Source: an uncultured Gemmatimonadales bacterium (GTDB lineage: Bacteria > Gemmatimonadota > Gemmatimonadetes > Longimicrobiales > RSA9). From it: DNA of 64,000 nucleotides. This document shows, in pieces, positions 36,070-45,838 of the stretch. The stretch spans positions 160,001-224,000 of the forward strand of contig OY970192.1 in assembly GCA_963708135.1 (NCBI GenBank), read 5' to 3'. A program made the position numbers and the translations under genes. Under the pieces are notes generated by a model, which saw nothing but the letters and a program-made list of their open reading frames with translations, ran no database searches and was not told where the DNA came from. The number at the start of each line of letters is the position of its first letter. Position 1 is the first letter of the stretch.

Positions 36070-38678
36070 GCGAGCTACCGGGGCGGATGACGCCGGAACG
36101 CTGGGCGGTGCTTGAGCCGCTCCTCGACACCGCGCTCGAGTTGCCGCCGGAGCGGCGTGGTGGCTTCATCGCACAGGTCACGGCGGGGGACGGCTCGCTC
36201 GGGGCGGAGCTGGAACGGCTCGTCGAGCAGTGCGAGCGGGAACACACGCTGCTCGATCGACCGGCCGTCGAGCGCTTTCCTGTGCTGCTGGGAGAGGAGG
36301 CCGCGGCCGGCGAGGACATCCGCGCCCGGTTGCAGGCCGGGCTCGGCGATGCCTACACGCTCGAGGGGGAGATCGGCGGCGGCGGGATGTCGCGCGTGTT
36401 CGTGGCCCGGGAGGCGGCGCTCGGGCGTCGGGTCGTGATCAAGACGCTGTCACCGGAGCTTGCGGCGGGATTCAGCGCGGAGCGGTTCGCGAGGGAGACG
36501 CGGCTGGCGGCGTCGCTTCAGCAGGCCAACATCGTACCGCTGCTGGCGGCGGGCAGCGCCGAGGGGCTGCCGTACTACACGATGCCGTACGTGGAGGGGC
36601 ACTCGCTGCGGCACCGGCTGGGGCAGGAGGGTGCGCTGCCGATCGCGGAGGCGGTGGGGATCCTGCGGGACGTGGCCCGCGCGCTCACGTACGCGCACGC
36701 GCATGGCGTGATCCACCGCGACATCAAGCCGGCGAACGTGCTGCTGTCGGGCGGCACGGCGATGGTCACGGACTTCGGCATCGCGAAGGCGTTCGGCGCG
36801 GCGCGGGGGCCGGGGCTGGAGGACACGCTGACGAGCGCCGGGACGGGGCTGGGCACGGCGGCGTACATGGCGCCGGAGCAGGCCGCCGGGGACCCGGCCG
36901 TGGACCATCGTGCGGACCTGTACGCGTTCGGGTGCGTGGCCTACGAGATGCTCGCGGGGCGGCCACCGTTCGAGGGCGACGCGCACGAGGTGATCGCCGC
37001 CCACTTCAGGAGGACGCCCCGTCCGGTGACGGAGCTGCGGCCGGACTTGCCGCCGGGCATTGCCGGGCTCATCGCGCGGTGCATGGAGAAGGATCCCGCG
37101 CGCCGGCCGGAGAGCGCGGCGGAGCTGCTGCGGGCGCTCGATGGCATGGCGGGTCTCCCGGTCGTTCGCGGCCGGTGGCGCCGGCCGGCGCTGGTGGCGC
37201 TCGCCCTGGCGCTCGTCGGCGTGGCGATCCCCCTGGCCGAGCACCTTGCGGGCCCGGCGCCCGCACCGCCGCTCACCCTCGCCGCGCTTCCGTTCACGAA
37301 CGTGACCCACGACACCACGCTGGAGGTCCGCAGCCAGGGGATCAGCGACGAGGTCCTCGCCTCGGTCGGCAAACTCCCGGGCGTGCGGGTCACCGGCCGG
37401 ACGGCGGCGTACGCCTTCAGGGGGCGGCCCCACGCAGACCTCGGTGCCGTCGAGCGCGAGTTGGGCGCGCGGCTCCTGCTGACGGGCACGCTGCGGCAGG
37501 GCGACGGGCGCATCATCGTTTCCGCCGAGCTCCACGACTCGACCGGCGGCCGGACGCTCCTGTCCGGCACGTTCACGCGTGACTCCAGGGAGTTCGGCGC
37601 GTTGACGGAGGATGTCGCGCAGGCCGTCGCGGACACGCTGAGAGCGCGCTTCGGCGGGCGGTTCGGCGGTGCCCGGACCGGCATCTCCACGACCGGGACC
37701 ACGAGCGCCGAGGCGCTCGACCAGTACCTGCTCGGACAGGCGCTTCTCAAGCGTCGGGGCTCGGGAGTCCAGCAGAGCGTGGCGGCGTTCGAGCACGCCA
37801 TCGCGCTCGATCCGCGCTTCGCCCGGGCGTACGCCGCCCTGGCGACCGCGCTCCAGTTCTACCCGTACTTCGTGGGGACGCCGCCCGAGGAGATCAGTGA
37901 TCGCACCCTCAACGCGGCGCACCGCGCGCTCGAGCTCGACAGCAGTCTGGCCGACGCCCACGGCGCGCTGGGCGCGGCTTACGCCAAAGCGGGGCACTGG
38001 GAGGAATCGTCGGCGGAGTTCCGGCGCGCGCTCGCGCTCCAGCCGGACAACGTGGCGGCGCACTTCAACTTCGGCCGGCTGCTGGTCTCGCGCGGTGCAA
38101 CGGACGAGGGGCTGGCGCAACTCGAGCAGGCGCGCGCCCTCGAGCGCGTCTCGCCGCTCATCTCCGCGTGGCTGGCCTACGGCTACTTCGTCGCGGGACG
38201 CCGCGATGCAGCGCGAGCGGAGATCGAGCGCGCCGTCCAGCTCGATTCCACGCTCCTGCCGGTCAGCAACCTCGGCGCCCTCATGGCTCTGGCCCAGGGA
38301 AGAAAGGACGAGGCGCGCCGGCTCATGGCGGCACCGCTGCCCGTGACGACCATGACCAACGCGCCCTATGTCTTCGCGCGGCTCGGGGACACCGTGACGG
38401 CCAACCGGCTCTTGCGCGCGATGGAGGCCAACCAGCCGCGGCCGTGGTTCACCGACGCGCAGCGCGCCAGCGTGCGCCTCGCCGTCGGCGATACGGCCGG
38501 CGCTCTGGCAGCGCTCGAGACCTGTGCGCGCGCGAGCGGCCCACCGTGTCTCCTCCTCATTCCGATTCCCGACCCGGCCTACGATCCCCTGCGGCGGAGC
38601 CCCCGCTTCGCGGCGCTGCTGCGCCAGGCCGGGCTCGACGTGGCCTTACTGACGAGGCCGCACGGCGGGCGGCGCTGA
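36066..38678 (+). CDS. Hanks-type Ser/Thr kinase with TM, TolB-like and TPR domains
   Basis: GGGGMSRV, HRDIKPANV, DFGIAK, YMAPEQ; 'AALPFTN' domain; TPR repeats; GTGA-coupled to ECF. Confidence 0.93.
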   Translation: MSELPGRMTPERWAVLEPLLDTALELPPERRGGFIAQVTAGDGSLGAELERLVEQCEREHTLLDRPAVERFPVLLGEEAAAGEDIRARLQAGLGDAYTLEGEIGGGGMSRVFVAREAALGRRVVIKTLSPELAAGFSAERFARETRLAASLQQANIVPLLAAGSAEGLPYYTMPYVEGHSLRHRLGQEGALPIAEAVGILRDVARALTYAHAHGVIHRDIKPANVLLSGGTAMVTDFGIAKAFGAARGPGLEDTLTSAGTGLGTAAYMAPEQAAGDPAVDHRADLYAFGCVAYEMLAGRPPFEGDAHEVIAAHFRRTPRPVTELRPDLPPGIAGLIARCMEKDPARRPESAAELLRALDGMAGLPVVRGRWRRPALVALALALVGVAIPLAEHLAGPAPAPPLTLAALPFTNVTHDTTLEVRSQGISDEVLASVGKLPGVRVTGRTAAYAFRGRPHADLGAVERELGARLLLTGTLRQGDGRIIVSAELHDSTGGRTLLSGTFTRDSREFGALTEDVAQAVADTLRARFGGRFGGARTGISTTGTTSAEALDQYLLGQALLKRRGSGVQQSVAAFEHAIALDPRFARAYAALATALQFYPYFVGTPPEEISDRTLNAAHRALELDSSLADAHGALGAAYAKAGHWEESSAEFRRALALQPDNVAAHFNFGRLLVSRGATDEGLAQLEQARALERVSPLISAWLAYGYFVAGRRDAARAEIERAVQLDSTLLPVSNLGALMALAQGRKDEARRLMAAPLPVTTMTNAPYVFARLGDTVTANRLLRAMEANQPRPWFTDAQRASVRLAVGDTAGALAALETCARASGPPCLLLIPIPDPAYDPLRRSPRFAALLRQAGLDVALLTRPHGGRR

Positions 38679-38688
38679 GGAGCGCCCG

Positions 38689-39879
38689 TCACCTCTCTCC
38701 CAGGAACACTCGCGCGATCGCCTCGGCCGGTCTCACGTAGCCGACACCGTTGACGTTGCCGATGATGGACACGACGAGCTTCTGGTCCGGGTAGAAGAGC
38801 AGCACCGAGGTGGCGCCCATGGAGCCGCCGGTGTGCTGGATCACCCTCCGGCCGGCGCCGTCCTTCCCGACGAACCAGCCCAGCCCGTAGACCACCGGCT
38901 TGCCATCGTTCGCGCGCTGCGGCGTGAACATGCTGTCCACCGTGGCGGGGCGGAGCAGCCGGCCGTCGAGCAGCGCGAGCGCGAAGCGCACCAGGTCGGC
39001 GGGGGTCGAATCGTAGCCGCCGCCCGCCCACTTGTTGCTCAGGTCCACCTCGGGCGCGTTCACCAGCTCGCCGTCGCGGCCGACTGGACGCCCACGCTCG
39101 GTGATGCGCTCAAGTGCTCGGCGGGTGTAGAACGAGGCCTGGTGCGGCAGGATCACGCCCTTGTGCTCCGCCGTGAGGCCGGTGAGGCCGAGCCGGTCGA
39201 TGATGCTGTCGCGCACGAGCCGCGTGTACGGCACGCCCGCGGCCGCCACCGTGACCGCGCTGGCCAGCACGTACCCGTAGGTCGAGTAGCTGAATTTCGT
39301 GCCGGGCGCGAAGAGGAGGGAGTCGTTCTCGAAGATGGAAAGCGACGACTTCACGTCCGGATACGCGACGTCGCTCAGGAACTCGTCGCCCCTGTAGTGC
39401 CGCACGCCGGCGGTGTGGCTCATGAGCTGGCGCATGGTCAGCGCGCCGAGCGGCGCCGGCAGGTCGGGGAGGTAACGGCGGATGGGCACGTCGAGGTCGA
39501 GTCTGTGCTGCTGCACCAGCTGCAGCGCCACAACGGCCGAGATCGGCTTCGAGATGGAGCCGATGCGGTAGAGCGTCTCCGCCGTCGCCGGGACGGCGTT
39601 CTGCACCTGCGCGAGCCCGAAGCCGCCTGTCCACAGTAGCCTGCCATCGACGGCAATGGCCGCGGAGATGCCCGGGATCCCGTGGCCGGCGCGCCAGGCG
39701 GCGAGGAGGGCGCGCGCCGAATCGAGGGAGGCGACGTCGCCCGCGGGGATCCGCCAGCCGTCCACGACCGCGGCGTGCGCCGGGCTCGCGGCGGTGGTCT
39801 GGGCGGTGGCGCGGACGGCCGTCGACGCGAGGAACGCGATGGTCAAAGCGAGGACACGGTGAGCGGAGCGAAGCATCAT
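38689..39879 (-). CDS. Serine hydrolase (beta-lactamase / PBP-like family), secreted
   Basis: SISK (SxxK), 'LMSHTAG', 'FSYSTYGY', HTG; signal peptide. Confidence 0.9.
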   Translation of the reverse strand: MMLRSAHRVLALTIAFLASTAVRATAQTTAASPAHAAVVDGWRIPAGDVASLDSARALLAAWRAGHGIPGISAAIAVDGRLLWTGGFGLAQVQNAVPATAETLYRIGSISKPISAVVALQLVQQHRLDLDVPIRRYLPDLPAPLGALTMRQLMSHTAGVRHYRGDEFLSDVAYPDVKSSLSIFENDSLLFAPGTKFSYSTYGYVLASAVTVAAAGVPYTRLVRDSIIDRLGLTGLTAEHKGVILPHQASFYTRRALERITERGRPVGRDGELVNAPEVDLSNKWAGGGYDSTPADLVRFALALLDGRLLRPATVDSMFTPQRANDGKPVVYGLGWFVGKDGAGRRVIQHTGGSMGATSVLLFYPDQKLVVSIIGNVNGVGYVRPAEAIARVFLGER

Positions 39880-39976
39880 CGGCGCCTCCGATTGGGGAGC
39901 ATGGACACGTTTATAAGGGACCGCACCGCAGAGTGATGGGCGCGGCATCGACCCTCGCCGGGATGCCGCGGCGCGA

Positions 39977-40145
39977 TCATACGGTGGCGCTGCCGATGCT
40001 GGTTCGGCGCGGGGCCGGCAATCCACCGTCCGCGGGGGCAAACCAGCGTTCGCGAGCCTCGGCGGGGGCGACCCCGGCCGCGGCGGCGCGCGCGAGTCGT
40101 TCCTCCGCGTAGCGGCTGCGCAGCATCACGTGTGCGCGGCGCGCC
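39977..40145 (-). pseudogene. SAM-dependent methyltransferase (LCM / TIGR00027-like) remnant with internal deletion
   Basis: 'RAHVMLRSRYAEERLARAAAAGV' fused directly to C-terminus-like 'PAEARERWF...GLPAPRRTSIGSATV*'; the SAM-binding motif expected between them is absent. Confidence 0.55.
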
Positions 40146-40250
40146 CGTGCGCGGTTGGCTGGAAGCCGTCGTGCGCAGGGGGACGCTGTCGGTGCCCGAG
40201 TAGCCCTCGTGGCGGGTCCTCGGCGGTGAGGAGGACGCTCGCCGGCGTCC

Positions 40251-42626
40251 CTACCTCCCCGGCGCGTCCGGCCCGAGCCTGGCCAGCAGCCGGCGCATGG
40301 CCTCGACGCGCGGCTGGAGCTCGGGGTCGGCATGCGCCCAGAGCTTCAGGAACGCGGCGGCGTGGTGGGCGGCGCGGTCGCGCTCGCCGGCCGCGGCGTA
40401 GAGCTGGGCGAGCCGCTCGTGGATGCGGGGGAGCTCGATCCAGTCGCTGTCGCCGAAGCGGAAGACGTCATGAGTCGCGAGGTAGCGCTCGTAGACGGCG
40501 CTGGCCGAATCCGGCTGCCCGGCGGCCTCGTACGCGCGGGCGAGGTCGGGGAGCGCGCAGTAGCGGCAGGGGCCGTCGTCGGCGAGGATCAGCTCGCCCA
40601 CGGCCTCGGTCGGCCGGTGCTCCGCGAGCAGGATGAGGCCGAGCATTCCGTGCCGCTGCGGCTCGTCGCGGAGCTCCGGCGGCACGGCGCGGTCATAGCC
40701 CGCGAGGGCGACACGCGCCTCGGCGGCCCGCCCCACCAGCACCCAGCCGTACGCCACGCCGAGGTAGGGCCGCTCCACGGGCGGGACCGGGGCCAGGCGC
40801 TCCTCCATGCGGGCGCCCTCCATCTCGCGCGCGGCGCGCGCGGAGTCCCCGAGCACGACCGCATCGATCGCCTCGGGCGCCAGAATGAGGTAGGCCGCGA
40901 AGCCCGCCTCTCCCGCGCGGCGCGCCGCCTCCGCCGCGGTGGCCAGCCGGGCGCGCGCGCCGGCGACGCGGCCCTGGACGGCGGCGTAGCGGGCCAGGTC
41001 GAGGTCGAGGTCCGCGGCGCGCCCGGCCTCCGCACCGTATCGGGCGAGCGCCTGATCCACCATGTGGCCGGCCCCCTCCAGATCGCCGCGGGTCTCGGCG
41101 AGGAGTCGGCCGTAGAAGAAGGAGGTCTGCGTCTCGCCGGAGCGCCGGCGCATGGCAACGAGCGTGCTCTCCGCCTCCGCGAACCGCCCGTCGGCGACGA
41201 GGAACTCGATCAGGTTGCCCAGCATGAGGGCGTTAGAGGAATCGAGCTGCACGGCGCGGCGCGCGATGCGCTCGGCGTCCTGGACGCGCCGGAGGTTGGC
41301 GTACATCACGCCCAGGTTCGTCAGCGCGCCGGGGTAGTCGGGGTACTGAGCCAGCAGCGCCTCGTAGGATTCGGCGGCCTTGCGCCAGTCGTGACGGATC
41401 ATGTGATAGCTCGCCTCGACCATCGCCCGCTCGCGGTCGGTGAGCCGGTCGCGGTGTGTGTATGCCCGCTGGATCGCATCCAGCTGGCGCGTGCGCGCCA
41501 CGCCCTGGTTCGACAGGATCACGCTGAGCTTCCGGTACGCCATGGCGAAGCCCGAATCGCGCGCCACGGCACTCTCCAGCAGCGGGATGGCCGCCTGCTG
41601 GTTGCCCTCGTACTCCGCGAGGCGCACGGCGCGCGAGTAGGCGCGCAGCGCGGGCAGCGACGGCGTCGTCACCTGCTCCAGCGGCTCGCTCGCGCGGATC
41701 GAGCGGAGCGACTCTCCCACCCGCTCCCGCAAGGCCCCGGAGAGCCGGTCCAGCGCCGGCAGCAGCCCCGTCGAATCGCGCGCGGTCTCGCGGAAGGTGG
41801 CCAGGACGTGCCCGCTGTCCGCCGTGACGATCTGCGCCGCCAGCACGTAGCCCCCGCCGATGGCGCTCAGCTCCCCCGTGACGACCGCCTTCACGCCCTC
41901 CCGCTGCGCGATCTCGCGCGCCAGCGCGGCATCCAGCCGGCTGGACTCGGGCCGCTCCATGCGGCGCAGCGACGCGCGCACGAACCCCGGCTCGAGCACG
42001 GTCAGCGCCGCCGACTGCGCGAGATCGAGCCGGAACGCGTCCGTCACCGTGGCGGCGAGCAGCGTGTCCCCGCGTGGCGCATCGAAGTCCGCCACGAGCA
42101 CCCGCTCCCGGTCCTTCAGCGCCCCCTTCGCGATCAGCGAGCCGACCGGCCCGATCCCCAGCGCCCGCATGCCCATGTAGCCGCCGACCGTGAAGCCGAG
42201 GAGCACGAACGCGCCGACGCCTCCGAGCAGCGAGCGCTTCCACGTGAGCCAGTGCCGCGCGGGCCGGGCGGCGACCGGGGAGCCGGCCGGCGAGGCCGGC
42301 CCGGGCGGGACCGGCGGGGCGGTCCCGGCGCCGGCGCCGGAGAAGGGACCGGCCGCCCGCGCCGGAGCAACCGCGGGCTCGTCGGCATCCCGGCCGTCCA
42401 CCCGGCCGGGTCGGCCACCCTGCACGAGCGCCGTGGCCATCACGATCGGCAGCCCGACCGCCAGCAGCACGATCGAGAAGGGGAAGACCCAGTCCGGCAG
42501 GCCGAGCCGGTTGGTGAACACGTCCACCATCTGCAGCACGCCGAACGACGCCGCGGCGTAGGCGCCGAGGACGGTCACCAGCCGGCTGCGGCGGATGCGA
42601 TCCGGCCAGTCGTGAAGAGCGCTCAT
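40251..42626 (-). CDS. Membrane-anchored TPR protein
   Basis: N-terminal TM pair 'LGAYAAAS...LPDW...GLPIV', third TM, 'VLVADF' domain, 'LEQVTTPSLPALRAYS', TPRs, 'LWAHADPELQP'. Confidence 0.85.
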   Translation of the reverse strand: MSALHDWPDRIRRSRLVTVLGAYAAASFGVLQMVDVFTNRLGLPDWVFPFSIVLLAVGLPIVMATALVQGGRPGRVDGRDADEPAVAPARAAGPFSGAGAGTAPPVPPGPASPAGSPVAARPARHWLTWKRSLLGGVGAFVLLGFTVGGYMGMRALGIGPVGSLIAKGALKDRERVLVADFDAPRGDTLLAATVTDAFRLDLAQSAALTVLEPGFVRASLRRMERPESSRLDAALAREIAQREGVKAVVTGELSAIGGGYVLAAQIVTADSGHVLATFRETARDSTGLLPALDRLSGALRERVGESLRSIRASEPLEQVTTPSLPALRAYSRAVRLAEYEGNQQAAIPLLESAVARDSGFAMAYRKLSVILSNQGVARTRQLDAIQRAYTHRDRLTDRERAMVEASYHMIRHDWRKAAESYEALLAQYPDYPGALTNLGVMYANLRRVQDAERIARRAVQLDSSNALMLGNLIEFLVADGRFAEAESTLVAMRRRSGETQTSFFYGRLLAETRGDLEGAGHMVDQALARYGAEAGRAADLDLDLARYAAVQGRVAGARARLATAAEAARRAGEAGFAAYLILAPEAIDAVVLGDSARAAREMEGARMEERLAPVPPVERPYLGVAYGWVLVGRAAEARVALAGYDRAVPPELRDEPQRHGMLGLILLAEHRPTEAVGELILADDGPCRYCALPDLARAYEAAGQPDSASAVYERYLATHDVFRFGDSDWIELPRIHERLAQLYAAAGERDRAAHHAAAFLKLWAHADPELQPRVEAMRRLLARLGPDAPGR

Positions 42627-42774
42627 GTGCGGTCGGCTCCAGCGGGGAAGGCGGACACCGGCCGAATAGTGGCGCCCAGGCGGGGGCGGAGGCAATGGTC
42701 GCGGCGGCCGTCGCCTCGCCGGCCCCGCCACCGGCGGGTCGCAACGCGCCGGTCTTGCGGCTGTGCCATCGTGT

Positions 42775-42801
42775 GGTTAGATAGACATTGTCTATGTAAC
42801 C
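42775..42801. promoter_or_regulatory. 27-bp dyad operator GGTTAgATAGACA-T-TGTCTATgTAACC upstream of padR
   Basis: 12 of 13 positions complementary; ends 4 bp before ATG 42806; lies between divergent genes. Confidence 0.75.
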
Positions 42802-42805
42802 GGAG

Positions 42806-43129
42806 ATGGAGATGCCAGGGGAGCTCGAGCAGCTCGTGCTGCTCGCCTTGATGCGGGTCGGGCCGGCCGCGGATGCCCGCGCGCTCGTCTGCGAGCTGAA
42901 GGAGCGGGCGCGGCGCGAGGTGCTTCTGGCGACGGTGCACCGGACGCTGGCGCGGCTGGAGGAGAAGGGGCTCGTCGCCTCGCGGATGGGGGAACCGACG
43001 GCGCGGCGTGGGGGCCGGCGGCGGCGCCACTACGCGATCACGACGGCGGGACGGGAGGAGGCGGCGTCGGCGCTGGACGCGCTGCGGCGGCTGGCGAGCG
43101 GGCTGGAGCTTGAATGGGACCCCGCATGA
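42806..43129 (+). CDS. PadR family regulator ('GELEQLVLLA' subtype)
   Basis: wHTH: 'LARLEEKGLV', 'RGGRRRRHYAITTAG'; ATGA-coupled to permease. Confidence 0.88.
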   Translation: MEMPGELEQLVLLALMRVGPAADARALVCELKERARREVLLATVHRTLARLEEKGLVASRMGEPTARRGGRRRRHYAITTAGREEAASALDALRRLASGLELEWDPA

Positions 43130-45813
43130 GTGGAGTGGGCGAGGCGCCGCGGCGAGAGCGGGGCGCGGGGCGGAGGGCTGCTCCGGCGGAGCCGCCGGCG
43201 CTGGCGGTGCGGCTGCTGGAGGCGCGGCTGGGGCGGGAGGATGCGGAGGCGTTCGTGGGCGATCTGGTGGAGGAGTTCCACGAGCGTGCGGGGCGGGCGC
43301 CGCGCCGGGCGCGGCTGGATTTCTGGCGCGAGGCGCTGCTGGGAGCGGCGCTGCTGCGCTCTGGAGGCATCGTTTCCCCCGTTCGACGGGAGTCGCGCAT
43401 GCGCTCGTTCGTGGCGGATCTTCGGCACGGCGTCCGGCTGCTGGGCCGGGCGCCCGGCTTCGCGCTGCTCGCGGTGGCGACGGTGGCGCTTGCGATCGGC
43501 GCGGCGACGGCGGTGTTCAGCGTGCTCGATCCGCTGCTGCTCAGGCCGTTGCCGTACGCGCACCCGGAGCGGCTGGTGACGGTGTGGGAGCGGGACGCGG
43601 ACGGGTCGCCGTCGAACCTGGGGTGGGAGACCTTCCGCGACCTGTCGGAGCGGGCGAAGACGCTGGCGTCGGCGGCGGCGACGGGGTACTGGCAGGCGAC
43701 GCTGACGGCGGGGGAGGACGCGGAGCGGTTGGAGGGGGCGCGGGTCACGTGGCGCTATTTCCGCACGCTCGGGGTTCGGCCGGAGCTGGGCCGGGACTTC
43801 ACGGCCGGGGAGGACGTCCCGGCGAACAACCGGGTGGTGATCCTGAGCCATGGGCTGTGGGCGCGCCGGTTCGGGTCGGATACATTGGTGGTCGGGGGCA
43901 CGATCTCGCTGAACGGGGCGCCGTACACGGTGGCGGGCGTCATGCCGGCGGGGTTCGAGGACGTGCTCACGCCGGCGGCGGGCATCTGGCGGGTGCTGGG
44001 TTACGACGCGTCGCTGTCCTACGCGTGCCGCACGTGTCGGCACCTGCGCATGCTGGCGCGGCTGCGGCCGGGGGTTCCGGCGGCGGCGGCGCGGGCGGAG
44101 CTCGACCGGCTGTCGGCGATCCTGGTGTCGGAGCACCCGAAGGAGTACCCGGCCGCGGGGATGCGGGTGGTCGGTGCGCAGTCGTGGATCACACGCGAGC
44201 TGCGGCCGATCCTCTTCGCCGCGGCGGGCGCGGTGGCGCTGCTTCTCCTGCTCGCGCTGGCGAACCTGACGAACCTTCAGCTCACCCGGCTCCTGCGGCG
44301 GGAGCGGGAGTTCGTGGTGCGCGCGGCGCTCGGGGCCGCGCGCGGGCGGCTGGCGCGGCAGGTGCTCGCGGAGGGTGCGCTGGTGGTGGTGCCGGGCGGT
44401 GTGGTGGGGCTGGCGCTGGCGGTGGTGGCGGTGGGACTCCTCCGGGCGCGGCTGCCGGCCGACCTGCCGCGCGCGGCGGCCATGCACGTGGACGGCGCGG
44501 CGGTGGCGGTGGCGGCGGCGCTCACGCTGCTGCTCGGGCTGGTGGTGGGCCTCGGGCCGGTGGGGCGGTGGGGGAGCGCGTCGAGCTTCGATGCCATCCG
44601 CGGCGGCGCGCGACTGGTGGGCCCGCGCCGGCGGGCGGCGCGCACGGTGCTGGTCGTGGCGGAGGTCGCCATCGCCGTGACGCTGCTCCAGGGGACGGGG
44701 CTCCTCTCGCGCACGGTCGTGGACCTGTTCTCGGTGGATCCCGGCTTCGACCCCTCGCACCTGGTGACAATGGAGGTGCACGCCGGCGGGCCCCGCTACG
44801 CGACGGATGCGGCCATCTTCACCAACCACGAGCGGATCCGCGACGCCGTGCGCGGCGTGCCCGGCGTGCTCGACGTCGCGCTCGCCAGCCAGCTGCCCCT
44901 GCACGGCGACTTCGACCGCTACGGCATCCAGGCCGAGGACCGGCCGCTGGCGAACCCCGAGCTCGCTCCTTCCGCCGACCGCTACACGGTCTCGGGGGAC
45001 TTCCTGCGTACCATGCGCATCCGGATCCTCGCCGGGCGTGGCTTCAGCGCGGCGGAGCTCGAGGACTCCGTGCCGGCGGTGGCGGTCGTGAGCCGGGCGC
45101 TGGCGCGGCGGAGCTGGCCGGGCGAGAGCGCCGTCGGCAGGCGCATCCGGCTGGGCGACCCGAACGGGCCGTGGCGGACGGTGGTCGGCGTGGCGGAGGG
45201 GATCCGCCACACCGGGCTCGATGACGCGCTGGGGCAGCAGGTCTACCTCCCCGAGAGGCAGTGGGGCGGCGAGAGCCAGATGGTCCTCGTGGCCCGCACC
45301 GCGGGCGACCCGGCGGCCCTCGCCCCGCTCGTGCGCCGCGCCGTGCGCGGCGTTGACCCGACGCAGCCCGTGATCCGCGTCTCGACGATGGAAGGGCTCG
45401 TGGCCGCCTCGGTCGCGCAGCGCACGCTGGTGCTCGGCCTGTTCGGCGCGTTCGCGGCGGTGGCGCTGCTCATGGCGGCGGCGGGGATCTACGGCGCGCT
45501 GGCCGGCGCGGTGGCCGAGCGTGCCAGGGAGATGGGCGTGCGGCTGGCGCTCGGCGCGACCCCCGGCAGCCTGCTCCGGGCGGTGCTCGGGAGCGGCGGC
45601 CGACTGGCCGGCGTGGGGCTGCTGCTCGGGGTGGCGGGCGCGGTGGCGGTGGGGCGGCTGCTCGCCGGCCTGCTCTACGGCGTGGCGGCCGCGGACCCGC
45701 TGACGCTGGGCGGGGTGACGGCGCTGCTCGGGGGGGTGGCCGCCGTGGCGTGCCTCATCCCGGCCCGACGCGCCTCGGCGGTGGACCCGGCCGAGGCGCT
45801 GCGGGCGGAATGA
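43126..45813 (+). CDS. ADOP-type duplicated MacB/FtsX permease with 'PP..A.RLL..GDL.EEF' N-terminal prefix
   Basis: 'LALAIGA'-type TM1, 'LLRPLPY', two 'RE..VR.ALGA' repeats, C-terminal 'PARRASAVDPAEALRAE'. Confidence 0.9.
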   Translation: MSGVGEAPRRERGAGRRAAPAEPPALAVRLLEARLGREDAEAFVGDLVEEFHERAGRAPRRARLDFWREALLGAALLRSGGIVSPVRRESRMRSFVADLRHGVRLLGRAPGFALLAVATVALAIGAATAVFSVLDPLLLRPLPYAHPERLVTVWERDADGSPSNLGWETFRDLSERAKTLASAAATGYWQATLTAGEDAERLEGARVTWRYFRTLGVRPELGRDFTAGEDVPANNRVVILSHGLWARRFGSDTLVVGGTISLNGAPYTVAGVMPAGFEDVLTPAAGIWRVLGYDASLSYACRTCRHLRMLARLRPGVPAAAARAELDRLSAILVSEHPKEYPAAGMRVVGAQSWITRELRPILFAAAGAVALLLLLALANLTNLQLTRLLRREREFVVRAALGAARGRLARQVLAEGALVVVPGGVVGLALAVVAVGLLRARLPADLPRAAAMHVDGAAVAVAAALTLLLGLVVGLGPVGRWGSASSFDAIRGGARLVGPRRRAARTVLVVAEVAIAVTLLQGTGLLSRTVVDLFSVDPGFDPSHLVTMEVHAGGPRYATDAAIFTNHERIRDAVRGVPGVLDVALASQLPLHGDFDRYGIQAEDRPLANPELAPSADRYTVSGDFLRTMRIRILAGRGFSAAELEDSVPAVAVVSRALARRSWPGESAVGRRIRLGDPNGPWRTVVGVAEGIRHTGLDDALGQQVYLPERQWGGESQMVLVARTAGDPAALAPLVRRAVRGVDPTQPVIRVSTMEGLVAASVAQRTLVLGLFGAFAAVALLMAAAGIYGALAGAVAERAREMGVRLALGATPGSLLRAVLGSGGRLAGVGLLLGVAGAVAVGRLLAGLLYGVAAADPLTLGGVTALLGGVAAVACLIPARRASAVDPAEALRAE

Positions 45814-45838
45814 GCGTGCGGCGAGGGGACGTCCGCGG

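Noticed and set aside
38689..39879. Clinical-type beta-lactamase resistance gene
   Set aside because: Motifs fit the broad serine hydrolase family; substrate cannot be inferred
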